A stretch of 64,000 nucleotides of DNA from an uncultured Pseudomonadales bacterium. GTDB lineage: Bacteria; Patescibacteriota; Microgenomatia; UBA1400; UBA12108. The translations under genes were made by a program, and so were the position numbers. Numbering within the stretch: position 1 is the first letter of the stretch; the number at the start of each line of letters is the position of its first letter. Location: positions 45 through 64,044 of the forward strand of contig CAZGNX010000001.1 of assembly GCA_964527065.1 (NCBI GenBank). Direction: 5' to 3'. Below are positions 18,945-28,911 of this stretch, piece by piece. The notes under the pieces are model-generated. The model was not told where the DNA came from. It was given only the letters and a program-made list of their open reading frames with translations, and searched no databases.

Positions 18945-19946
18945 TCAACTACTTGCCCTGAGCTCAATTGGAGATAGGATGGTATTGTTAACGGCGAGCT
19001 GTTGAGGCGGGAAACTGAACCCATCTTTGTCGACCTCGATGACATAGGTCCCAGGACCAAGGGGGGTGGAGGTGTAGAACTGGCCGAGCGAGTTAGTCTT
19101 CATGGCCCTTTGGGGAATGCCGTCGCCGCTGACAATTTGGACGATTGCGTCTGGCACCAATTTGTCTCCTGCATCCACAACCACTCCGGTCACGAGGTTG
19201 GCAACCTTGGGGGAGGCGGGGAGGGTGATGTGTTTGGCAGAGCTAATCGGCACCGTCGCCGCTGATCTGGGGGCAGTGGGCTTGGAAGCGAAGACTATGT
19301 TTTCGGTGGTAGGGGGCGCAGAGACAGTGGTTGGGTTGGGCGCGGACTTGGGTATAGAGATCGGGACAGTTTTTGGAGTTTGGACGATCCGGTTGACCAC
19401 GGCTGACTGTGGGTTGAGTTTGCGGACAACAATTGAGGGCTTGACGACATCAACTGTTTTGGGGGGAGCTGGGGCGGTAGGGGTGACAGGAAGGGAGGTA
19501 AAGAGCGAGTCGAGAGAGGTAATCTTTGTTGATTCTTCAGCGCTCAAGTCTGAGATAGGCGTGCCTACCACTTGAGAGCTGGGAGCTTTGATGGTTTTGG
19601 TAATGGTGGTGACTAGGTCGGGGGGGTGGGCAGTGAAGAGAAACAAACTAGGGATTTTGTTGGTTTTTTGCCAGGTGAAGCGAGTGGGAGCATAAATTGC
19701 TTTGATAAAGTTGACAATCCACTGGTCAAGTGGGCGGTCTTCGATGGGGAAGAAGGCGAGGCCCACCCCCAAGAGGAGCGAGAGAATGACAAGTGGCCAC
19801 TTGAAGATGAAGATAAGGTTGCTGGCAAAGAAGAGGTAGGCAAGCACCATGCCCAGGGCCAGCTCCAAAAATTGCTTGAGCGTCATGTCTCCCACCAGGC
19901 GGAACTGGTACTGGGTCACGTTTTGGGGGATGGGGTGCTGCTGCAT
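18945..19946 (-). CDS. PrgI family protein with Pro/Thr linker and C-terminal carboxypeptidase-regulatory-like domain
   Basis: QHPIPQNV..YQFRLVGDMTLKQF, two TM, RPLDQW; C-terminal G.VVD..RA.KTN.LGQF. Confidence 0.85.
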   Translation of the reverse strand: MQQHPIPQNVTQYQFRLVGDMTLKQFLELALGMVLAYLFFASNLIFIFKWPLVILSLLLGVGLAFFPIEDRPLDQWIVNFIKAIYAPTRFTWQKTNKIPSLFLFTAHPPDLVTTITKTIKAPSSQVVGTPISDLSAEESTKITSLDSLFTSLPVTPTAPAPPKTVDVVKPSIVVRKLNPQSAVVNRIVQTPKTVPISIPKSAPNPTTVSAPPTTENIVFASKPTAPRSAATVPISSAKHITLPASPKVANLVTGVVVDAGDKLVPDAIVQIVSGDGIPQRAMKTNSLGQFYTSTPLGPGTYVIEVDKDGFSFPPQQLAVNNTILSPIELRASS

Positions 19947-19991
19947 ACAGTTTGAGTATACGGTATGCGGTAGAGAGTATGAAGTATGGGA

Positions 19992-20621
19992 TCAAGGAGA
20001 TGGAGACGGACTGGCAATAACATACCTGTGGGCTTCGGCGTCACCGCCCATGCTCTTTACCCACTCCTTGATTTCGTCAATGGCTTCTTGCGAAGTTATA
20101 TTGAGATTTTTGAGGGTGATCTCTAGTGTCATGGGGGAGGAGTAGACCACGCGGTAGAGTGGGGTGGTGTAGGGGGTGGATTGGGCAAGAGGATAGTCGC
20201 GCGCTAGCTCATCCTTCATGTTTTTGATGAGCAGCGGGTCGGTTTGAGAAGCTTGGGTGGTGAAGGAGTAGTCAGGAAGCTTTTGGTCTTTCCACTTGAT
20301 TTGCAGGAGATATTTTGTTTGTGGTTGAAGAAGAAGAGCAGGCTGTGCTCGTAGGCTTGTGGGGCTGCTTTGACTAAGCGTCCAGGAGATGCTTGGAACA
20401 GAGGCGAGTGTAAAATCAGCCGCAAAAACCTCTTCATCAAAAGTCAATAATGGTTTGATCTCGAGGCTTACGGCAAGGGCATTATGTGTGGGATTAGCTG
20501 CTACAATTTGGGGAGGGCTCGCCATCGACTTGTTCAAAAACACAAAAATAGCCAAAACGACCCCTAGGCCAACAGCCATGATTACATATAAGAGCCTTGA
20601 TCGTAAAAAGCGCTGCATCAT
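19992..20621 (-). CDS. membrane-anchored Ig-like (Big_5-type) domain protein
   Basis: N-terminal TM; P.IVA.NP...A..V....LTF....L.P.TKY..YSFTT. Confidence 0.6.
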   Translation of the reverse strand: MMQRFLRSRLLYVIMAVGLGVVLAIFVFLNKSMASPPQIVAANPTHNALAVSLEIKPLLTFDEEVFAADFTLASVPSISWTLSQSSPTSLRAQPALLLQPQTKYLLQIKWKDQKLPDYSFTTQASQTDPLLIKNMKDELARDYPLAQSTPYTTPLYRVVYSSPMTLEITLKNLNITSQEAIDEIKEWVKSMGGDAEAHRYVIASPSPSP

Positions 20622-23455
20622 ATTCTTCTTAGGTGTCCTGCCACACCAGTTTTAGGGAGACAATTATTGGCGCTAACACAACCATTGCACACTTGGTTGG
20701 CGTCTACCAGACAGACTAAGGCTCCCGCATCTTGCGACATTATACCAATATGGCCCGGGGCGCCGTCGCTACAAGTGCCTGAAGAATTAAAGACAATGGG
20801 GTCTCCGGGCCTGGCCCCACTGAGACCAGACACAAACTGGTATCCTGCGGCACCGCTTGTGTAGTTGCATGCATTTTTCCCTTCGAGACTCCCCCCAGCG
20901 CAGGCGATAGAAGCTTGGACAAAACCAACACATTGGAGATAGGTATAGGAGGTGGCAGAACGCTCGATGATTGCGGCAACTTCTGGTGCGACGGCCTTAG
21001 CGAGGAGGCAACCGATTCCTGTGGTTTGGATTCTTGCGCCTGTTACTGCGGGTCCGTAGCAGGCAGTAAGATAGTCGACGAGACAATTAGCACAACTCAA
21101 GACAGAGTTCCCTGGTGATTGTTCCACGGGGGCGGTCGTCTCTGCGCTTGCTTCGTCATCGTTACAAAAGATGGCGGCGAATAGTTCTGGTCCTGAATCG
21201 ATGTGAGAAGTTATGTTGAATACCTGGAAGAGTAGAAACACCCCTGCAATTAGGGCGCCAACGGCGATGAGAGCAGGGAGAAAAACAGTGGAGAAGAGGG
21301 TTGTTACTAATGTCCCAATAGCACCGATTAAGGCCGAGCCTGTGGCAATTACCCAGGCAACTACGGCGGCGGGAATTGCGACAACTGCGGAGGAAGCAAT
21401 GGATAAGATGGCTGGTAGGCGGCGGATGATCTTGTCTCGGAAGCCGTTTTGGTTGGTGATGAATTCCCAAATGCCCTTGAGACCTGCCCCAATCGCCATA
21501 AGCCCAGCTTGGATCAAAATAGTGGTTCCACCGGAAAGAGTTCCTGCCAGGAAAGACGCTACAACTTTGCCGATTGCGCCATTACTCAGCTTGGTGGCAA
21601 TCCCTGGTGCTATTTTTGTAAACCCACTCCATAACTTGGAGGCTACGGCGGCTTTGACAGCGGTAATGTCCTTTTTATTGAGTATCGTGCGCGCGCTCCA
21701 ATCTAAGATGTTTCCCCACTTTTTTTCGACAAAGTTAAAACTGGCATGACTCCAACTGCCGCCGGCCTGTACGAACCCTTTGGAAAAATCTGAGATGTGG
21801 GTAAAGATGCCGGCATACCACTTGCCGCTTGTACTGGCCTTGGTGGCGACCCCCGTAGACCAGTTAAGGATTTTGTCGGCGATCCAGAGCTGTCCAAGCG
21901 TTGTTTTGTCGGAGATAAGCCTGGCGGGGTTGAGCAGAGGAATCTTTTCTTCGAGCTGTTCCCACTTTTCTGCTAAGTAGTTGAAGGGAGAATGGATAAA
22001 ATCATCGACAGCCCAGATAGTTTTGCCGATTTTTTGAGAGAAACGATCGATGGGAGCTTTGGTGGCGGCATACGTCCCCCTGGCCCGACCAATCTTGTCC
22101 CGCACAGAGAAGAGCACGTCATGATCCAAGGCATATTTGTAGCGCTCGTATTCCGAGCGATATTTAAAGTGATGAACAATCTCAATAATGGCTTCAAAAT
22201 TGGCGTCTTTGCCTTCTTTTGCAAGCTCGGCTTGTAAGAATGCTGTGAGATCTTTGGTTTTATACTTCTCCTCTAGCATGAGACCACTACGGTCTAGGTC
22301 TTTACGCGACCGCCAAGGAGTGTCAAGGGAGACCCCAATGTCTCTGGTTAAACTAAGTGTATGGAGGAGGCGCGGATCACTTTCGAGTACGTTGCCACCT
22401 AAGATTTTGGCCACTTCGTTTTGACGCACTTCTTCGATCAGGGGAGCGAGTGAGGAGAGCTGGTCGAAGGCGGTATCAGGGAAACCGGCCGACTTGAGTG
22501 ACTCCCGGATAAGGACTTCGCCGGAGACAAATCCTGAGGTGGTGGTTGCGATGATGTTTTTACGAAGTGATTCAACGAGCTTGTCCTTGTTTAGATCATG
22601 ACCGGCGACAAGATCAACTAGAGTGGGGATGTCGGCAATGGTTGTTAGCTGGGGGAGGGAGGATAAGCGGGACATATCATCACGGAAGGCTTTTTGTCCT
22701 TCGGGACTACCCCCATACTCCTTTTGAATGACCGCCTCAATGGCGCTCGTGAGTTCGGGTAGCTCTTGATCGGCCTTGGCAGAGTAAGCAAGGTGGCTAG
22801 CATTGTTCAAGGCACCATCACCGGATCTCAGCTGGATTAACTGGGTAATCTCCTCGGCGATAGCGATGGTGCTCTTGCCTGGCGCCGGGCGCAGATTGGC
22901 GGCATCGGCTGCAAGGAGTGCTGAGAGCACCGAAAAAGTGTAGGGGTCTCCTGCAAAGCGCTTTAAGTACTGAGTTTGCTGGATGGCGGTCGTGAGTTTG
23001 CCGAGGATTTTGTCGTTGATTAACTTATATTGCAGATTACGGAGTTCGTTGGCTTTTTTATATGTCTGTCCTTCAGCTGTCTCAGGGCGTAAGTTCTTGA
23101 GAGGGGTGTCTTTGGCTGAGTCAAGAATGGAGCGGAAGTTAGCGGCGGCTTCGCGTGACTTGCCTTGTACGTTGATCTCGAGATAGTTAAGCAGTCGCGA
23201 TGCCCTGATTTTACGCGAGCCCCGGTCGCCCATTGGTAGACTAACCTCGTTGTCCCTTGCCCAAGCCGTAATCTCTTGCCAGGCTTCTTCGGGGGAGAGT
23301 TTGAGTTTTGTTTTATCTGGTAAGTCGAGTTCTAAGGGACGGTTGCTGAGGATGAGCTTGAGGTAGTAGGTGAGGAGCTGGTGGTTACTATTTAAGTCTC
23401 GAGCCAAGAGATCTTGGAGATAGCGACGTTGAACTTGTGAGATTGTACTGGCCAT
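20618..23455 (-). CDS. large membrane protein with C-terminal CHAP-like peptidase domain
   Basis: helical N-terminus, long hydrophobic region, then LQCVGFV...PGD.IVF...GHIGI...VDAN. Confidence 0.7.
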   Translation of the reverse strand: MASTISQVQRRYLQDLLARDLNSNHQLLTYYLKLILSNRPLELDLPDKTKLKLSPEEAWQEITAWARDNEVSLPMGDRGSRKIRASRLLNYLEINVQGKSREAAANFRSILDSAKDTPLKNLRPETAEGQTYKKANELRNLQYKLINDKILGKLTTAIQQTQYLKRFAGDPYTFSVLSALLAADAANLRPAPGKSTIAIAEEITQLIQLRSGDGALNNASHLAYSAKADQELPELTSAIEAVIQKEYGGSPEGQKAFRDDMSRLSSLPQLTTIADIPTLVDLVAGHDLNKDKLVESLRKNIIATTTSGFVSGEVLIRESLKSAGFPDTAFDQLSSLAPLIEEVRQNEVAKILGGNVLESDPRLLHTLSLTRDIGVSLDTPWRSRKDLDRSGLMLEEKYKTKDLTAFLQAELAKEGKDANFEAIIEIVHHFKYRSEYERYKYALDHDVLFSVRDKIGRARGTYAATKAPIDRFSQKIGKTIWAVDDFIHSPFNYLAEKWEQLEEKIPLLNPARLISDKTTLGQLWIADKILNWSTGVATKASTSGKWYAGIFTHISDFSKGFVQAGGSWSHASFNFVEKKWGNILDWSARTILNKKDITAVKAAVASKLWSGFTKIAPGIATKLSNGAIGKVVASFLAGTLSGGTTILIQAGLMAIGAGLKGIWEFITNQNGFRDKIIRRLPAILSIASSAVVAIPAAVVAWVIATGSALIGAIGTLVTTLFSTVFLPALIAVGALIAGVFLLFQVFNITSHIDSGPELFAAIFCNDDEASAETTAPVEQSPGNSVLSCANCLVDYLTACYGPAVTGARIQTTGIGCLLAKAVAPEVAAIIERSATSYTYLQCVGFVQASIACAGGSLEGKNACNYTSGAAGYQFVSGLSGARPGDPIVFNSSGTCSDGAPGHIGIMSQDAGALVCLVDANQVCNGCVSANNCLPKTGVAGHLRRI

Positions 23456-23498
23456 GGGGTTATTCTAGCATTGTGCTTGCCTCTGGTGTGATAGAATT

Positions 23499-26400
23499 AT
23501 GCCTATGGGTGAACATCTACAAGTTGGTATATCAGACAAACTGCGCGCTCTGGTTGAGAAAGCGAGAGGTGAGAAAAAACCCAGAGACAACGAAGATGCG
23601 CCGATTGGAGAAAAGAAGAAAAACATCCTCGAGTGGGCATTGACAGCGGCGGCAACGAGAATCGTGTTGGCTCGTGATGTAGGAGAACTTTCTGTTCAAT
23701 TGAAGGATATACAGAGTAGTTTGGCAGGTGGAAAAGATACTGCCGAAGTGGATAGGTTGCGAGCCGCCGTCATGGACAAGATGGATGAGCTCGTTCATGG
23801 GGAGGACTTGATTGAGGCGAACACCGCGATGAAGGGGTATATTTATAGCGGCAAAGTTGGGGATGCGGTTGCGCTATTGGAAAAAATGGCTAAACAGGAT
23901 AGGTATAAACTAACCACTGCTCAGCACAAAGAGGTTGACGAGTTGTTGGGGTCAGTGAAAGATCTCGATACTGAGAAGAGCGCGAATGATGCTGTAATAG
24001 AAGCCAAGATTAAGCAAGTTGAACAAAAGGGTGGCGCACTCAGCAAGACAGTGGACAAAGAACTGACATCTATCAGAGACAGCAGCAACGAGATAGAGAC
24101 GAGCGTGTCGGCAAAGAATTTGGAAAATGAAAAATTAAAACTAATCCCGAAGAAGCTAACTAAGAAGAAGATAGAGATCAAGCAGGCAGAGGTGGTAGAA
24201 ATAGCTCAACAAGCCGACAAAGTGGCCGACAAACACGACAAGGCCACGAAACATGATAATAGATTTATCAAAAAACTATTAGAAGGTGGAAATGATGGGT
24301 TTGGGGTAGTGGATGCAAGCGGGAATCTGGTTATTGAAATCGATAAATTGAGCCATCCTAAGGCAGAATATTTGTATGGTCGTGTGAGTACGGCTTTAGG
24401 GAGATATCAGAGCAAGCTAGGAAGTCCCGATAACGCTGAACTGAAGGCCTATCTAGAAGAAGTGGAGTTTGAATTGCGGGGGCGGCTCCATGACTTAGAG
24501 GACATAGATCGGGAGAAGTGGAGAGTAGAAGGTAAGACAGAGGATGAAATGAAGTGGGAAAAATTGCCAGCCATAGAAAAATCAAGGATTATAGAAAACT
24601 TTGACTTCATTGACAAGAATATGTCGGCAGAGCAGATGTTGCAACATGCAATGCGAGAGCGTCAGAATCAGGGTATTAGCATGAAGCGTAGTGAGGTGGC
24701 TTTACAAAATCTATTACGCGAGCACCCAGAAATCCGGGCAAAGTTTAATGAGAAGGGAGAGTGGGTGGGGACGGCGGAAGAGTTTTTTGAACTTTGCCGA
24801 CTCGAAATTTACAAAATTAGAGATAGTGTCCCTGAGGAGCGCTTGGGCAATTTGGTGTTTGAGGAAACGGCTGATATATATCTTGCCCTGATGGGAATTA
24901 GTACCAAGAATAACCCCGAGCTAAAAAACATGAAGGATGCGGTAACCAAGACTCTTTATCTGGAGTTTGTGGTTAAGTCTCTATGGAAAGCTGGGGGTAA
25001 CCATGAGGCCTGGCAGAGAGCGGCAGCACTCATTTTGAGAGAAGGGGCAGACACCAACTTTTTCTTGACAATGAAGGTCAGGGAAAAATTGCGCGGGAAG
25101 GATAAAAGGGGGAACGATATTCCTCCACTGCCAGGATTTAATATCGATGACATGATGACGCTTGGTGAGCTGAGGGCACCCAATGGTCAATCATGGCTGG
25201 CCTATATTTCTACTAACAATATTCAGCTGAATGAATCTAGATTACAGGAGATGGGTAATGCCCTAGCAAAACTTACCCTTGAAAAGGCAAAATTGCGCAA
25301 GAACAAGGACAGAAAGATGGAGATCTCTAGCGCTGACTACTCTACGTACCTGGCGATGTTAACTAATAAGGAAATCAAGTTTGACAAGGAACAGCTTGAT
25401 TGGGTGCGTAACTATATGCAGTATATCCATGTTGCCACCCTCAACGTCGGAGAGAAACTATGGCTGATGGATGGGACAGTCCCTGGTAGAAAAGGATTTG
25501 ATTACGCTAGTCTCCCAGGGGGCCAGTTTGCACAAAAGTCGGGGTTGTGGCCTATCTTATATTTTGCTAAATACAACGTGACGAAATATGGCTTTGAAGG
25601 GCTTGGTAAGTTGTTTATCCCTAACCCAGGCCTGTTGTCGTACGCAAGAGGAGAAACTTTAAGACACTTTATGTCGGCGAATGGGAGTGAGGACTGGTTA
25701 AGAGATCCAGAGGGGGATTTGTATAAACCGGGAGGAGGAGCGAGAGACTTTTTCTTTGAAGGGAAGACAAAGACCGATCAGGAAATGAAGGTGTTTACTG
25801 ACTTTTGGGAAGAGATATGGCTTGATTCGCGTACAGGAACTTCTTTTAAATCTAAAGGGATGCGCTCACTCCAGAATTCAAGAGATGTAGGGATGGAGCT
25901 GATTAAACTGAACAAACACAAAGATTTTATCGATGACATGAAGTTTGATCAATTAGAGAGACTCGTTGGTCACGAAATACCGGGTGCTACTAACGAGGAA
26001 AAACTTACTTGGGTAGTTGGAAACTTGGATTACGACATGATGGAGATGAGCACGATGCCATCTAAGCGGGAGGGAGACTGGGTAAATAAGTATTCTAAGA
26101 TTTATGTAGAAACGGTGAAGGCATTCCAAGACTTTTTGGATGCACCCACTTTGACTAACAAAATGAAGATCATTACATCAGTTGCACAATACAATAGTGA
26201 AGCTGTGTCCAACCTCTCGAAACAGTTGAATGATTTTATTGAGAATAAAAGTAAGTATAAAATCGGTCTTTTGAAGAGAAAGAATCCTAAAACTGGCCAA
26301 ATTGAGCTGGGGAACCCACTAAATCCTTTTCATTGGATCGGGCCAAAAACAGTGAGTGACGACCAGAAGGATCTCGTGCGATCGGCGGATGGGGACAATA

Positions 26401-26798
26401 TGGAGATGCCTGTCATGGGGAAAAGCGCCACAGATGGATGGTACCTAGGGAGAGGACTGAAATTCTCATTGGAAGAGGCCAAAGAGGGTAGGCGTAATCC
26501 CATGGTGATGAAGAAGATTGAGATCCAAAATGAGATTGCTTGGGGGATAGTGTCTCCGCAGGAAGGCGGCCAGAAAATGCGAGACTGGCAGAAAATGATA
26601 TATTTTGGCGATCAAATAGTCCTAGGAAAACTAAAACTGAGGCCTGGGATGATCCCCTTTTTGACCCCGTACTTTTTACTGCGAGGCTACTGGGTAGACA
26701 GGATGGGTTTTGATTGGGAGGACTTTAAGATGATTATGGCCAAGCAAAATGAAGAGACGTGGGAAAAGCTGAAGAAGTTACTGGGGATTGAAATATAG
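23499..26798 (+). CDS. large K/E-rich hypothetical protein (1099 aa)
   Basis: long uninterrupted ORF; coiled-coil-like N-terminal third; no family recognised; TAGAAT upstream suggests start at 23505. Confidence 0.8.
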   Translation: MPMGEHLQVGISDKLRALVEKARGEKKPRDNEDAPIGEKKKNILEWALTAAATRIVLARDVGELSVQLKDIQSSLAGGKDTAEVDRLRAAVMDKMDELVHGEDLIEANTAMKGYIYSGKVGDAVALLEKMAKQDRYKLTTAQHKEVDELLGSVKDLDTEKSANDAVIEAKIKQVEQKGGALSKTVDKELTSIRDSSNEIETSVSAKNLENEKLKLIPKKLTKKKIEIKQAEVVEIAQQADKVADKHDKATKHDNRFIKKLLEGGNDGFGVVDASGNLVIEIDKLSHPKAEYLYGRVSTALGRYQSKLGSPDNAELKAYLEEVEFELRGRLHDLEDIDREKWRVEGKTEDEMKWEKLPAIEKSRIIENFDFIDKNMSAEQMLQHAMRERQNQGISMKRSEVALQNLLREHPEIRAKFNEKGEWVGTAEEFFELCRLEIYKIRDSVPEERLGNLVFEETADIYLALMGISTKNNPELKNMKDAVTKTLYLEFVVKSLWKAGGNHEAWQRAAALILREGADTNFFLTMKVREKLRGKDKRGNDIPPLPGFNIDDMMTLGELRAPNGQSWLAYISTNNIQLNESRLQEMGNALAKLTLEKAKLRKNKDRKMEISSADYSTYLAMLTNKEIKFDKEQLDWVRNYMQYIHVATLNVGEKLWLMDGTVPGRKGFDYASLPGGQFAQKSGLWPILYFAKYNVTKYGFEGLGKLFIPNPGLLSYARGETLRHFMSANGSEDWLRDPEGDLYKPGGGARDFFFEGKTKTDQEMKVFTDFWEEIWLDSRTGTSFKSKGMRSLQNSRDVGMELIKLNKHKDFIDDMKFDQLERLVGHEIPGATNEEKLTWVVGNLDYDMMEMSTMPSKREGDWVNKYSKIYVETVKAFQDFLDAPTLTNKMKIITSVAQYNSEAVSNLSKQLNDFIENKSKYKIGLLKRKNPKTGQIELGNPLNPFHWIGPKTVSDDQKDLVRSADGDNMEMPVMGKSATDGWYLGRGLKFSLEEAKEGRRNPMVMKKIEIQNEIAWGIVSPQEGGQKMRDWQKMIYFGDQIVLGKLKLRPGMIPFLTPYFLLRGYWVDRMGFDWEDFKMIMAKQNEETWEKLKKLLGIEI

Positions 26799-26801
26799 TG
26801 C

Positions 26802-28376
26802 TTAGGCTGATTTTTTTGGTTTGCCACTGCCTTCTTCTTCGTATTTCTTCATAGCATCGACGTTGGCACGAGCTTGGAATTCTGCCATTGAGCGTTGCTC
26901 GCGGAGCGAACGAGCTTGCTTGCCCCAGCCCACAGGATAGCCCACACCGGTTGAAACAACCCCACCAAAGGCTTTGAGAGCCTCGGCACCATAGGGAGAT
27001 TCTTTGACTTGTAGCCATTCCTGAGCCATCTTGGCAGCTGAAGGGGTCATGAGGAAAACAAAAAACCCGATCAAGGCCAGGATATCCAGACTTTGGACAT
27101 CAGCGTTGGGACCTAAGGCATCGGTCAAGGTGAAGGGGGGGACCCAGACTTCTGTACGTCCAGCAATATCTCTCACCCCAAAAGGATTCTGTTGGCCGAT
27201 TGTGGAGGGACCGCCGTCGCCTGGCCACAGGTCATTGGCGACAATGGCGCTCGTGGGATTGCCAATCAAGATGGCAGAGAAAATAAACATACTCGCCACA
27301 ACGGGGAAGGGAATGAGGTAGCTAGCTGTGGTTTTGATCCAGGTAGAGAAGGCCTTACTCCCGGGCATGGCGTTCATCAAGATTTGAAGTGGGGCGGTGA
27401 TGGTTTGGACGATGAGCATGACGTAGGATTTAATGAGAGCAACCATTAATTTAAGCATAGCTATGATAAAACTAACCACCACAAACAAATAAAGGGGCGA
27501 AACCATTCCGAGAGTTAAAAACTGCGTGGCAGTGTCGAGAAAGTTGACGAGACCACCAACAATGCCAATACCACCAGTACCAAGGCTACCCAGTACTCCC
27601 TGAAGAGACCCAGTAACGGCTAGGATAATGCTGTTGCGGCCAGCAAAGACCACATTCCAGGCAGAATGAGTCATCAACCTTTCGATGGAGGCGCTTGCAT
27701 CAATGATCCCTACTGAGGCAATGAGATACACGACAAAGTAGATGAGAAAATACATGAGGTCGATCATAAAACCGACGATAGCGTAGGAGAAGGTGATGAG
27801 CAAGAGTGTCACGAGGAGGTTGGGGATGGCACTCTGAATGGTAATCACTGTCTGGGCATTCACCTTAGTGCGGAGCATAATCATGACGCCCACAACCACG
27901 AACATGATGATGTAGAGTGAGTAGGCGACATTGCGGAAGACTTTCCAGAATTCGAGAAATGGTTGCATTGCTGTGTAGCCCGTGCCTTGGGCGTAGGCCC
28001 GACTGACAGAGGGAATGCCAATGTTGTCAAGCAGATCGGCAACATATTCTCGGCTGGAGATTTGGTTGTTATAGATCATGGCGACAACCTTGCCTTGTGT
28101 GCCCAAAACACCGGGGCTGTAAATATAGCCGAGACCATCAGCCGAAGGGAGCTTGCCACCCAAAAAAGCAAATTGATTTTGTGGTACTGAGCTCAGGCGA
28201 TCTTTGATACAGGGATCTTCTGGGGTATTGGCAACGTTAAAGCTGGTGATAGTTAGGTTGCTGTTGATAGCGCAGATAAAGCCATTCAGTAGTCCAGGAG
28301 TGGCCTCTACGGCAGAGGCAGGGGTGGGACTGGTGAGGAAGAGAAACATAAGAAAGACGAGCAAGAGCTTTTTCAT
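26802..28376 (-). CDS. VirB6/TrbL-like polytopic membrane protein
   Basis: signal peptide, W..FRN.AY, TIQSAIP..LLITFSYAI.GFMID, multiple TM, APLQI....PG..F..W. Confidence 0.65.
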   Translation of the reverse strand: MKKLLLVFLMFLFLTSPTPASAVEATPGLLNGFICAINSNLTITSFNVANTPEDPCIKDRLSSVPQNQFAFLGGKLPSADGLGYIYSPGVLGTQGKVVAMIYNNQISSREYVADLLDNIGIPSVSRAYAQGTGYTAMQPFLEFWKVFRNVAYSLYIIMFVVVGVMIMLRTKVNAQTVITIQSAIPNLLVTLLLITFSYAIVGFMIDLMYFLIYFVVYLIASVGIIDASASIERLMTHSAWNVVFAGRNSIILAVTGSLQGVLGSLGTGGIGIVGGLVNFLDTATQFLTLGMVSPLYLFVVVSFIIAMLKLMVALIKSYVMLIVQTITAPLQILMNAMPGSKAFSTWIKTTASYLIPFPVVASMFIFSAILIGNPTSAIVANDLWPGDGGPSTIGQQNPFGVRDIAGRTEVWVPPFTLTDALGPNADVQSLDILALIGFFVFLMTPSAAKMAQEWLQVKESPYGAEALKAFGGVVSTGVGYPVGWGKQARSLREQRSMAEFQARANVDAMKKYEEEGSGKPKKSA

Positions 28377-28399
28377 AGTTCACCTGATTTTATCATATA

Positions 28400-28909
28400 T
28401 TAGGGCTTGAGCTTGAGAGCGGTAATCCAGGCTTGGGTAGTATGTCTCACATATTCTTTGTCGCCGTAGATGAAAATGAGTTTTTTGGGATCAATATTTT
28501 GACCTTCAAGCATCTCCATAGCCTTGAGATAACTTTCTTTGAACGCTGTGACGTTGGGGTTCTTTTTTTCGTCTGCATCCGCGTTGAGATATGAGAGGCC
28601 GTAGATCTCGAGACGTACAATCTCGGCTTCGTCGTCGTCAAGGCGATAGAGGTTGATAGAAGTGGTGATGCCCACGGAGGTCTCGAAGGACTCGAGGTAG
28701 AGTGGGAGCTTGTTTTCAATCGAAGCAACATACACCATAGTGTCGCGGCGTTTTTCGGCTGAGAGATCGGCGAGTTCGATGCGGCTGGGTCCAGTTGGGA
28801 CGGGTAGTTCTGCAGGGTTGCTGACATTTTTACTTGGCGAGAGAAGTAGTACTAGGACGAGGAGAGAGATCGAGATAGCGGCGGCGATAAGGAAGAATTT
28901 GTTGTTCAT
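28400..28909 (-). CDS. membrane-anchored hypothetical protein
   Basis: N-terminal TM; co-oriented in T4SS-like cluster with 2-nt spacing to upstream gene. Confidence 0.7.
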   Translation of the reverse strand: MNNKFFLIAAAISISLLVLVLLLSPSKNVSNPAELPVPTGPSRIELADLSAEKRRDTMVYVASIENKLPLYLESFETSVGITTSINLYRLDDDEAEIVRLEIYGLSYLNADADEKKNPNVTAFKESYLKAMEMLEGQNIDPKKLIFIYGDKEYVRHTTQAWITALKLKP

Positions 28910-28911
28910 AC

